From: Armatimonadota bacterium
GTDB lineage: Bacteria > Armatimonadota > UBA10988
NCBI GenBank assembly: GCA_016235455.1
Contig: JACRKZ010000012.1
Span: 43,831 to 107,830, forward strand
Length of the DNA: 64,000 bases
Direction of reading: 5' to 3'
The notes beneath the pieces are model-generated. The model had not been told where the DNA came from and searched no databases. It was given only the letters and a program-made list of their open reading frames with translations. The position numbers and the translations under genes were made by a program. Positions 39,279 through 47,608 of this stretch are shown here, in pieces (positions within the stretch are counted from its first letter, which is position 1; every line of letters starts with the position of its first letter).

Positions 39279-40038
39279 GGGTCGCCTCATCCTTCGGGCT
39301 CAACGGGCCCAATGCCTCACAAAGCTTGGTGCAGGCCGCCTCAACGTCGACCTTGGTGGCGGGCTTCTCGAGCGAGAGCGCGGCGCGCGCGGCGCCCAGC
39401 GCCGCCTTGGCGCCGGCCAACGGGCCGGTAGCGGCGCCCTTCTCGTCGGTGGCCGCGCCGTTGCCGCGCTCGGCCAGTTCGATGGTCAGCAGCGTGCGCT
39501 CCACGTCGTCGAGCTGGCTCAGCGCATCGCCCAAGTTGCCCACATGGGCCGAATCGAGCACCTTGCGGGCCTGCGCGGTCGCCGCGGTGGCACCATCGCG
39601 CTTGATCCCGGCCAGCGTGCCCTGCATCGTGCCGATGCGCAGGTTGGCCTCCTGCAAGGCCGCGCCACCGCCACCGCGCTGCGTGGCGAACACCACGGCC
39701 AGCACGATCACCAGCAGCACCGCCACGAGCGTCAGCAGCAGCCCCAGCCCGCCGCCCGGCGCAGCGCCATCAGCTTCGCTCGCCACCGGCGCGGCGGCCG
39801 GCTCGGCCGCGGGTTCGGGTGCGGGCGGCGGCGCGGGCGCAAGCTCCTCGAGTTCGGCCAGGAAGCCGCGGATCTGCTGGCAGGTGCGCGGTCCGATGCC
39901 GTAGTGGGCCCGGATGGCCTCGTCGGTCATGCCTCGGAAGTGCTCCAAGGGCAGCGCATCGGTGCCAAAGCGCATGGCCTGGAGTTCGCTGAGGCGGTCG
40001 ACGGTGTCGTTCTGAGGGGCGCTCGCTTGGTCGGACAT
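39247..40038 (-). CDS. Bitopic membrane protein with N-terminal helix-hairpin-helix (alphaCTD-like) motif
   Basis: GGGAG RBS; MTDEAIRAHYGIGPRTCQQIRGFLAEL; Pro/Ala linker; TM LGLLLTLVAVLLVIVLAVVF; helical C-terminal region. Confidence 0.75.
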   Translation of the reverse strand: MSDQASAPQNDTVDRLSELQAMRFGTDALPLEHFRGMTDEAIRAHYGIGPRTCQQIRGFLAELEELAPAPPPAPEPAAEPAAAPVASEADGAAPGGGLGLLLTLVAVLLVIVLAVVFATQRGGGGAALQEANLRIGTMQGTLAGIKRDGATAATAQARKVLDSAHVGNLGDALSQLDDVERTLLTIELAERGNGAATDEKGAATGPLAGAKAALGAARAALSLEKPATKVDVEAACTKLCEALGPLSPKDEATHGEASQQAEH

Positions 40039-40070
40039 GACCCACTCCCTTGACCGGATTAGCCCGCAAG

Positions 40071-40099
40071 ATGATACCACACAACGGCCCGCCCGCCAA
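40071..40099 (-). promoter_or_regulatory. Candidate sigma70 promoter for the HhH-TM/HEAT/smc operon
   Basis: TTGGCG-N17-TATCAT with extended -10 TG on the minus strand. Confidence 0.6.
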
Positions 40100-40146
40100 G
40101 GCGGGATCGTGCGGCGCGGCACCGTTTGTGTGGCGCTTGGGGCCTG

Positions 40147-42882
40147 TTAGCGCCTCAGAACCAGCATTGCGGTCTGCCATGGCGCCAACGACAGGGCCGC
40201 GGAGCGCCCGGCGGCGGGCAGGGCCTGGCCCGACACACGGTCGACAAGCCGGCTGGCCACATCGGTCAGTCGCGCGTCCCAGGTGAGCCTGGCGCGGCAC
40301 GGTGCGGCACTGGGGTTGTGCACCACCAGGTAGAGCGGGCCGCCGCGCTCGCGGCCGTAGCGTTCGCACACCAGCCCGCCGGGCGTGGCCTTGGCCAGCG
40401 TGACCGGCTCCCAGCCGGCGGCGCTCAGGTCGCGCAGCAGGGGCGCATAGCGGCGCATGAGCGGCCGGAAGGCCTCCAATCGCGCCAGGTCGGCTCCGTT
40501 GCCCGTGCCCGGCCAGACCGCATAGGGCAGATTGCGCGCGATGGCGCGCTCCTTGTCCGCCGTGCTCACCTCCGGCAGCAGATAGGCGTAGTTCATGTGG
40601 CTGAGTGGCTTGCGATAGGCCAGCGCTCGGCAGTAGGACAGGCGTTCGGCGTCGTGGAAGCTCTCCAGATCGCCACCCTCGCCCACACCGATGGCGTCGA
40701 GCAGGTGCGCATAGAAGATGTGACAGAAGGGGAACGTGTTGGCCTGCACCAGCTTGCCGCGCTGGTGCATGGCGTCGGCGATGGCGGTGTACAGCTCGTA
40801 GTGGGAGAACGCGCCGAGTTGGGCGGGCGCGCCGGTGCGGAAACTGGCGATCAGCGGTATGTCGGCCGTCGCCCAGTGCTCGGCGCGCGCATCCTCGGCG
40901 GTGTCGAACGTGCCCCAGCACAGACTGTCGAGGTAGGCGCCGTCCACGCGCGGGTCGCCCAAGGCCCGTTGACCCTCATGGTCGAACCACAGGCTGGCGC
41001 GCGACGGCCGGGGCAGCTCGGGATCGCCCGCGCAGTTGACCGCCACGCGGTCGGGCGGCGCGGCGTAGACGCTGGGTTCGCCCTCGCCGCCGATGTAGCT
41101 GTTGAGCGCGGCCTGGGCCAGCTCCGCGTCGGGCAGGCCCACGGGTTGGGTGGAGAAGGGGTAGTCGGTAAGCACCGTCACCGGCTGCGCGGCGCGCCGC
41201 AGCAAGTCGGCCAGGAGGTCGGGCAGGCGCAGCCGCCCCTGGTCGAAAGCGCCCGTGTGCTGCCAGAGCGTGCTCGGCTCGGCATACGTGAAGGACAATC
41301 CGCCGTGTACGTCGTCGAAGGCAACGCGGTCCTCGCTGAACGGCTCCTGCTCATGGAAGACCAGGCCCAGTTCCTCGGGCTGGGGCACGGCCGGGTTGAC
41401 CCACAGGTGCCACAGCCCCTCGCGGTCGACGCGGCGAGCGAAGAACTGTGGGTAGAGGTCGTAGTAGCGCTGGGCAGCGGCACGGAAGCCCCAGTCGGCC
41501 TCGGGCACGCGGCTCAACACGAAGCGGAACGACGCACGCGACGGGAACCGGCGAGTCCTGGCCGACAGGCCCAGGTCGAAGCGCACCACCAGCGCCCGGC
41601 GGCGCGCGCTGTGGTCGTAGTCCGTCGAACTGAGCCGTGGCCAGTCGAGCGGACGGGCCAGCATCAGCCCCGTACGCCCCCGGGTCAGCGCGCTCCAGGG
41701 GTAGACCGACATCAGATGCCCGCCATTGGCGCCGCTCAAGCCATAGCCGAAGGCGTGCTGGTACCGACCCTCCTCGGCCACGGCGCGGGCGTGGTTCAGG
41801 TCATCGCCCCACTGCCAGCCGGCAGCGTCGATGGGCAGCACCCAGGACACCACCACGGCCCGGTCGACGCCGCGCGTGTCGGCCAGCTCACCGGTGACCA
41901 CCAGCCGGTCGTCGCCGCCCTCGAGGCTGCCGCGCAGGGTCAGGCCCAGCGCCTCACAAGCCAGGTCGAGCACGGGCGACGGCGCCCTGTCGCCACGGCT
42001 GGCAAAGCGCTCGTAGCGCGGCGCCTCGGTGATGTCCCAGGCGTAGAAGCCGCCCGGTTCAGCGGCCAGCCGCGGCAGGGCCTGGCCGTCAAGCCGCACC
42101 GCGCGCGCCGCGCCGTCGGCGTCCAGATCGAGCGCCAGCCCATCGCGCGTGGTCACGACGCAGGTCGCCCGGGCGGCCGTTGGCGCCGCCTCGCGCGCGG
42201 ATTCCAGGGCGCGGTCCACCCCGGCGGTGCCGCGCGTGGCGGCACCCGCGGGCAGCGCGAGGTCAATCTCATCGAACTGCGCGCCGCGCAGCGTGTCGCC
42301 GGAATCGGCACGGAAGGACAGGTGCCCGGCGCTGCCCAGATCGTGGGCCAGCCAGTCGCTGGCCGCCACGGGTGTGCCATTCTCGGCGGTCAGGGCCAGT
42401 CGCACCCGCTCGGGCTCGTCGCTGACCACGACGTGGTACCAGGTGTCGGGCCGCAGCCCCTCGGCCGACCAGCGCGTGGCCCAACTGCCGGCCACGGTGG
42501 TCCACACGGCCAGAGCGTTCCGGTCGAACTCGAACCACCAGGCCGTGCCCTCGGCCCGGGCGTGGGACACGACCAGGCGGTAGCCCCCGGCCTCCTCGGC
42601 TGGCTGGCGGAAGTCGAACGCCAGCCGGTAGGGCTGGCTGAGCGCCTGACGCAACTCGAGGCCGGCGTTGCCCGGTTGGGCCCGCGCATGGATGGCCCGA
42701 CCGGCCCCACGTGGCTCGAAGATCGGTGCGGCGCCGCCCACGGGGAGCGTCGACCAGACAGAAGTATCGAGCCCTCCGGCATCGAATGTCTCGTGCAGGG
42801 CAGTGCGCCAGTCTGGTGTCTGGGCTGACGCGGGCCACAGCACCAGGGCAAGAGCGAGGGCGGTGAACAGTCGGCGACACAT
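40147..42882 (-). CDS. Large secreted protein, probable uncharacterised glycoside hydrolase with N-terminal lectin-like domain
   Basis: Signal peptide ending ASA-Q; LHETFD...WYHVVV (ConA-like); VDGAYLDS; AAGWEPVTLA. Confidence 0.65.
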   Translation of the reverse strand: MCRRLFTALALALVLWPASAQTPDWRTALHETFDAGGLDTSVWSTLPVGGAAPIFEPRGAGRAIHARAQPGNAGLELRQALSQPYRLAFDFRQPAEEAGGYRLVVSHARAEGTAWWFEFDRNALAVWTTVAGSWATRWSAEGLRPDTWYHVVVSDEPERVRLALTAENGTPVAASDWLAHDLGSAGHLSFRADSGDTLRGAQFDEIDLALPAGAATRGTAGVDRALESAREAAPTAARATCVVTTRDGLALDLDADGAARAVRLDGQALPRLAAEPGGFYAWDITEAPRYERFASRGDRAPSPVLDLACEALGLTLRGSLEGGDDRLVVTGELADTRGVDRAVVVSWVLPIDAAGWQWGDDLNHARAVAEEGRYQHAFGYGLSGANGGHLMSVYPWSALTRGRTGLMLARPLDWPRLSSTDYDHSARRRALVVRFDLGLSARTRRFPSRASFRFVLSRVPEADWGFRAAAQRYYDLYPQFFARRVDREGLWHLWVNPAVPQPEELGLVFHEQEPFSEDRVAFDDVHGGLSFTYAEPSTLWQHTGAFDQGRLRLPDLLADLLRRAAQPVTVLTDYPFSTQPVGLPDAELAQAALNSYIGGEGEPSVYAAPPDRVAVNCAGDPELPRPSRASLWFDHEGQRALGDPRVDGAYLDSLCWGTFDTAEDARAEHWATADIPLIASFRTGAPAQLGAFSHYELYTAIADAMHQRGKLVQANTFPFCHIFYAHLLDAIGVGEGGDLESFHDAERLSYCRALAYRKPLSHMNYAYLLPEVSTADKERAIARNLPYAVWPGTGNGADLARLEAFRPLMRRYAPLLRDLSAAGWEPVTLAKATPGGLVCERYGRERGGPLYLVVHNPSAAPCRARLTWDARLTDVASRLVDRVSGQALPAAGRSAALSLAPWQTAMLVLRR

Positions 42883-43014
42883 GGCGGCACCCCTGGGGAA
42901 CACGTCGTTCGGCTGAGGCTAGCACCAGAGCGAGTGCGCGGCAACAGGCCTCTTGGATGGGTCAGACTGCAGGAGGAATGGCCGATTTGCGGTGTTAGCC
43001 GCCACTCTTGCGAA

Positions 43015-43043
43015 TTGCGACGGTCATACACCTATGGTATAGT
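43015..43043 (+). promoter_or_regulatory. sigma70-type promoter of the surface-glycan operon
   Basis: TTGCGA-N17-TATAGT with extended -10 TG. Confidence 0.7.
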
Positions 43044-43097
43044 GACCGGCGTCCTTGTGCAGGGGTAGCAGGTCGTCTAGAAGAGGGAGCCAGGACG

Positions 43098-46000
43098 GTG
43101 CGGCAACACATTTCGCGGACCCGAGCCATTCGAAGCTGGGCCGTTCTCCTCGTGACACTCCTCACAGCGCCGAGTTGGGCAGCGGTCGCGCTGGCCGACG
43201 CCAAGGCGTTGCCAACGGGCGGGGCGGCCGGTCGGCCCGCGATCTCGCCTGATGGCACGCTGGTCGCGTTCGTCTCCGACCGTGAGGGCGCCGACAACCT
43301 GTACGTCGTGCCCTTGGCCGGCGGCACGCCCAAGGCGTTGACCCGCGAAACGCGCGCTGGCGTCCGCATGGACACGCCGCGCTGGTCGCCCGACGGCGCG
43401 TTCCTGGTCTACTCGTCGAACAAGGGTGCCGAAGGCGGGCTCGACCTGTGGACCATCGGCGCCGACGGCCAGCGCGACGAAGCGCTGACCAAGGACGCCG
43501 CCGTGGACTGGATGCCCTCGTGGTCGCCGGACGGCAAGACCATCGCCTTCGTTTCCGACCGCGACGGCAACGACGGCCTGTGGCTGATCGGTACCGACGG
43601 CAGCGGCCTGCGCAAGATCGCCGAAATGGCCTATGAGCCGGCCTACAGCCCCGACGGCAAGAGCATCGCCGCCTATCAGGTGCGTGCCGGCGGCGATGGC
43701 CTGTACCTCTTTGACGCGGCCGGCACGGCGCAGCCCCGGCTGCTGCTGGGCGGCGGACGCATGCCCGCCTGGAGCCCCGACGGGCGCAGCGTGGTGGCGG
43801 TCAAGACCGACGACGGCGGCACCCGCCTGTGGCAGGTGGACGTGGTCAAGGGCAGCGCCGAGCCGCTGAGCGACGCCGCGCCGTCGCTGGCCTGGCCGGT
43901 GTGGGGCAAGGGCGGCGTGCTGGTCTATGAGGCCAAGCCGAGCACCCAGCGCCAACTGTTCCTGCTCACCCCGCCCGAAGTGCGCGCGGTGACCAACATC
44001 GTCGAGCCGCTGGCCGGCGCCACGGTGCGCGGCGGTGTGACGGTGCGAGTACGCGTCGGCGCCGAAGGTGGCCGCATTGCCACTTGGGCACTCGAGTTTG
44101 GCAAGGGCGCCAACCCCGATACGTGGAGCCCCCTGGCCGACGGCACCGGCGCCGTGGACGGCCCGGCCGCCACATGGAACACCAGTGGCCTCGAAGGCGC
44201 CTACACGCTGCGCCTGACCACGGTGACCGAGGGCGGCGAAACGGCGGTCAGCGTCGTGCCTGTCACGGTCTACGGCCAGTACGGCGTGCTCTGGCAGAAC
44301 CACAGCATCGCCCAGGCCATGACCGTCGGTCAGACGATCGACGCCGAGGTGACACTGCGTAACAACGGCACCATGACCTGGCGCAATGACGGCGCCTTCG
44401 CCGTGGCCGGCGGCTACCAGTGGCTGGACGCCGGCGGTGTGCCGGTCTCGGGCGAGGCCCCGCTGGCGGCGCTGCCGCAGGCCGTGCCGGCGGGCGAGCA
44501 GGCCAGCCTGCGCGTCAAGATCACCGCGCCGACCTCGCCGGGCCGCTACACGCTGCGCTTCGACCTGCGCCAGGGCGGCCAGGTCTGGTTCCATGAGCAG
44601 GGCGCTCGCCCGCTCGACGTGCCGGTGGCGGTGACGCTGTCACACGCGGCTGAAATTGACGTGCCGGCGGTGCCGGCGGTGATGGTGCCCGGCCAGATCT
44701 ACTCGGTCGAGGCCCGCGTCACCAATCGTGGCACCGAGCCCTGGCCGGCGGCGGCCAACGGCGCGGCCGTGGCGGCCGACACGGTGGTGCTGGCCACGCG
44801 CTGGCGCGACATCGATGGTGGCCTGGTGGACTCCCCGCCGGCGGTGACGCCGTTGCTCAAGGCGCTGCCCGCGGGCGAATCCGCGGTGGTCCTGGCCCAG
44901 GTGCAGGCGCCGTCGACCAACGGCCGCTACCTGATGAGCTTCGAAGTGCGCGACCAACTCGGCTCGTTCGGGCCGCAGAGCGCCATCTCGCCGCAAGTGG
45001 CGGTGTCGGTCTCGTCGCCCTACAGCGCGATGTTCGGTGATCACACCACGCCGGGCCGCATGTTCCCCGGTGAGCTGGTGCCCGTGACCGTGCAGTTGCG
45101 CAATACCGGCGCGCTGCGCTGGCGGGCTGACGGCGCCACCGCGGTGCGGCTGGTGACACGCTGGGTGGACGAGAAGGGCCGGCCCGCCTCGGCGAGCAAC
45201 CTGCCCACGCCGCTGCCCTACGATGTGCCCGCCGGCCAGACAGCTTCGGTCTCGGCGCGCTTGCAGAGCCCGTCCGAGCCCGGCGAGTACGTGCTCGTGT
45301 GGGATCTGGAGCAGGCTGGTGGCCGGCGCTTTGGCGAGATGGGCAACACGGCGCTCAAGGTGCCGGTGATGGTCGGCGCGCCGACCCACGGCGTGCGCTG
45401 GGAGCAAGGCAACCATCCCACCAGCCTGGTGGTCGGCTCGGTCTACACGGCCAACATCCGGCTCACCAACACGGGCTCCATGACCTGGCCCGCCGAAGGC
45501 GCCGAGCGCGTCCGCCTGGGCTATCGCTGGGTGGCGCCCAACGGGATGGAGGTGGCCAGTCAGCCGCTGTTCACCGACCTGGAGAAGGCGGTCGATGGTG
45601 GCCAGACCGTGACGCTGACAGCGCGCCTCAAGGCGCCTGAGCGGCCCGGCAGCTACCTGATCAAGTGGGACCTGTACCAGATGGGCTACGACTACTTCTC
45701 GGCGCGCGGCGCGGCCACCATGGACGTGCCGGTGTCGGTGGATGTGGTCTACGGCTGCCACTGGCTGAGCAACGACACGCCCTCCAAGGTGGCTGCCAAC
45801 CAGCGCTACCGGGTCAACCTGCGGCTGCAGAACACGGGCACCATCCCGTGGGAAGCCGGCGGCGCGGTGCCCGTGCAGGTGGTCTATCGCTGGGTCAACG
45901 CGGCCGGTACCACGGTCGCCGTGACCGACGCGGCGGTGGCCAAGCTGCCGGCGTTGGTGCAGCCCGGTGAGAGCGTGGACGTCAGCGCCTTCCTGGTGGC

Positions 46001-46112
46001 GCCCAAGGAGCGCGGCCGGTTCGACCTCGAGTGGGACCTGCAGTTCGCCGGGACGCTGCTGTTCAGCGACAAGGGCGTGGCGGCGCTGCGGGTGCCGGTC
46101 ACGGTCGAATGA
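43098..46112 (+). CDS. Secreted TolB-like (PD40) beta-propeller plus an Ig domain plus five NBR1-type Ig-like repeats
   Basis: Repeated P(A/S/R)WSPDG; five V(T/Q)LxNxGxxxW...PGxYxLxWDL-type repeats; GAGGGAG RBS before GTG 43098. Confidence 0.88.
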   Translation: MRQHISRTRAIRSWAVLLVTLLTAPSWAAVALADAKALPTGGAAGRPAISPDGTLVAFVSDREGADNLYVVPLAGGTPKALTRETRAGVRMDTPRWSPDGAFLVYSSNKGAEGGLDLWTIGADGQRDEALTKDAAVDWMPSWSPDGKTIAFVSDRDGNDGLWLIGTDGSGLRKIAEMAYEPAYSPDGKSIAAYQVRAGGDGLYLFDAAGTAQPRLLLGGGRMPAWSPDGRSVVAVKTDDGGTRLWQVDVVKGSAEPLSDAAPSLAWPVWGKGGVLVYEAKPSTQRQLFLLTPPEVRAVTNIVEPLAGATVRGGVTVRVRVGAEGGRIATWALEFGKGANPDTWSPLADGTGAVDGPAATWNTSGLEGAYTLRLTTVTEGGETAVSVVPVTVYGQYGVLWQNHSIAQAMTVGQTIDAEVTLRNNGTMTWRNDGAFAVAGGYQWLDAGGVPVSGEAPLAALPQAVPAGEQASLRVKITAPTSPGRYTLRFDLRQGGQVWFHEQGARPLDVPVAVTLSHAAEIDVPAVPAVMVPGQIYSVEARVTNRGTEPWPAAANGAAVAADTVVLATRWRDIDGGLVDSPPAVTPLLKALPAGESAVVLAQVQAPSTNGRYLMSFEVRDQLGSFGPQSAISPQVAVSVSSPYSAMFGDHTTPGRMFPGELVPVTVQLRNTGALRWRADGATAVRLVTRWVDEKGRPASASNLPTPLPYDVPAGQTASVSARLQSPSEPGEYVLVWDLEQAGGRRFGEMGNTALKVPVMVGAPTHGVRWEQGNHPTSLVVGSVYTANIRLTNTGSMTWPAEGAERVRLGYRWVAPNGMEVASQPLFTDLEKAVDGGQTVTLTARLKAPERPGSYLIKWDLYQMGYDYFSARGAATMDVPVSVDVVYGCHWLSNDTPSKVAANQRYRVNLRLQNTGTIPWEAGGAVPVQVVYRWVNAAGTTVAVTDAAVAKLPALVQPGESVDVSAFLVAPKERGRFDLEWDLQFAGTLLFSDKGVAALRVPVTVE

Positions 46113-47608
46113 CGGAACGCAGACCACGGCTGGCGGTGGCCATCGGCCTGATGGCGCTGGGGCTGTGTCTGCTGACCACACGCGGATCGTTAGGTGGTGG
46201 CCAGGACGAGGAGCTTCCTTTCCTGGTCACCCAGTCCCTCTGGCGCACCCACCACCTCGCCCTGGATGAGCCGACCATGGCCTACGTGCGTACGCACGTC
46301 AGCCAGTGGACCGACGCCGTGCGCGAGGGCCGCGACGGCCGCTACTGGTCCGTCTTCGGACCCGCCCAATCGCTGGCCGCATTGCCGCTCTACACCCTGG
46401 CCAGCGTGGTCACCGCCGGCCAACCCGAGACCGTTGCCAGGGCCACGCTGGTGCGCTGGTGTTGTGCGCTTAACCCCCTGCTGACCGGCCTGACGGCCGC
46501 GCTGCTGGCCTGGTGGCTGATGCTGCTGGCACCCGAGCGGCCGCGGCGCGCCGCCCTGGCAGGGCTGCTGGCCGTGTTGGCTACCCCGCTCTGGCCCTAT
46601 GCCAAGACGTTCATGGCCGAGCCGCTGAGCGCGCTCTGCTTCCTGGCCGCGGCCTTCGCTGCCGGACGCGCCGGGCACGGCCGGCGCGTCCTGTGCTGGG
46701 CCTGGTGCGGCGGCCTGGCCCTGGCGCTGGCCATGCTCAATCGCCCGCACAACCTGATCCTGTGGCCGGCACTGGGCCTGCTGGCGGGTTGGCCACGCGA
46801 CCCGCGCCGGCATCTGGCCTTCGGCGCCGCGCCGGCGGCGACCGCGCTGTGGTGGCTGTGGTTCAACACCCAGCGCTTTGGCCGCCCGCTGGACTTCGGC
46901 TACCTGGCGGCGATCCAAGGCGACTTCTCGCTGTCCTTCCTGCCGGTCGGCGTGGTCGGTCAAATGCTGTCGCCGGGCCGCGGGCTCCTGTGGTATGCGC
47001 CGTTGGCGGTGCTGGTGGCGTGGGCCTGGCCGCGACGGTGCAGTCCCCCCTGTCGTCCCCCCGCCATCGGGCGGACGGACACCAAGGCTCCCTCCCCGCT
47101 CGCGGGGAGGGTTGGGGTGGGGGCCGCCGCAGACCACCCCACGTCCCTGCTGCTTCTCGCCGCCTGCCTGACGCCGCTGCTGTTCTACGGCGCGCGCAGC
47201 AACTGGTGGGGCAGTTGGTGCTGGGGACCCCGCTATCTGGTGCCCATCCTGCCTCTGCTGGCGGTGCTGGCAGCCCGGGGCGCCGAGCGCGCGCCGCGCT
47301 GGCTGGTGAGGGTGGTCGTGGCCTGGGGAGTGGCGGCGGCGCTGGCCGGGCTGGTCACTTACAACGGGCTCTACCAGGACTTCGTCTGGCAGCGCGACGG
47401 GTCGTTTGCGCGACTGCTGTGGCGTCCGCTGGACTCGCCGCTGGTGGGCCACTGGCTGATGCTCGGGCGCGCGCCGGTGGACCTGATGTGCTGGCAACTA
47501 CTGCGAGTCGATCCGGTGTTGGGCGCGGCCCATGGTATCCTGCGTGCGGCGCCGGCCATGGCGGGGTGGTGGCTGTGGCGGAGGCGCGACGAGGTGACCG
47601 GCAACTGA
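46109..47608 (+). CDS. GT-C fold membrane glycosyltransferase (ArnT/PMT-like)
   Basis: ATGA coupling; QDE in the first loop; PYAKTFMAEP; SPGRGLLWYAP; WGPRYLVPILP; many TMs. Confidence 0.8.
   Translation: MTERRPRLAVAIGLMALGLCLLTTRGSLGGGQDEELPFLVTQSLWRTHHLALDEPTMAYVRTHVSQWTDAVREGRDGRYWSVFGPAQSLAALPLYTLASVVTAGQPETVARATLVRWCCALNPLLTGLTAALLAWWLMLLAPERPRRAALAGLLAVLATPLWPYAKTFMAEPLSALCFLAAAFAAGRAGHGRRVLCWAWCGGLALALAMLNRPHNLILWPALGLLAGWPRDPRRHLAFGAAPAATALWWLWFNTQRFGRPLDFGYLAAIQGDFSLSFLPVGVVGQMLSPGRGLLWYAPLAVLVAWAWPRRCSPPCRPPAIGRTDTKAPSPLAGRVGVGAAADHPTSLLLLAACLTPLLFYGARSNWWGSWCWGPRYLVPILPLLAVLAARGAERAPRWLVRVVVAWGVAAALAGLVTYNGLYQDFVWQRDGSFARLLWRPLDSPLVGHWLMLGRAPVDLMCWQLLRVDPVLGAAHGILRAAPAMAGWWLWRRRDEVTGN
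47090..47123. repeat. REP-like palindrome inside the GT-C coding sequence
   Basis: CCCTCCCCGC-TC-GCGGGGAGGG followed by TTGGGGTGGGGG, in a compositionally odd in-frame segment. Confidence 0.65.

Noticed and set aside
34269-39431. 1720-aa plus-strand ORF and other long antisense ORFs (e.g. 7918-10737, 40126-42828, 54248-56701)
   Set aside because: Shadow frames opposite well-supported genes; expected at high GC3 and carry no recognisable motifs.
46513-47607. 926-aa version of the second GT-C
   Set aside because: The extension overlaps the first GT-C in another frame; TGATG coupling at 47606-47610 gives the likely start.
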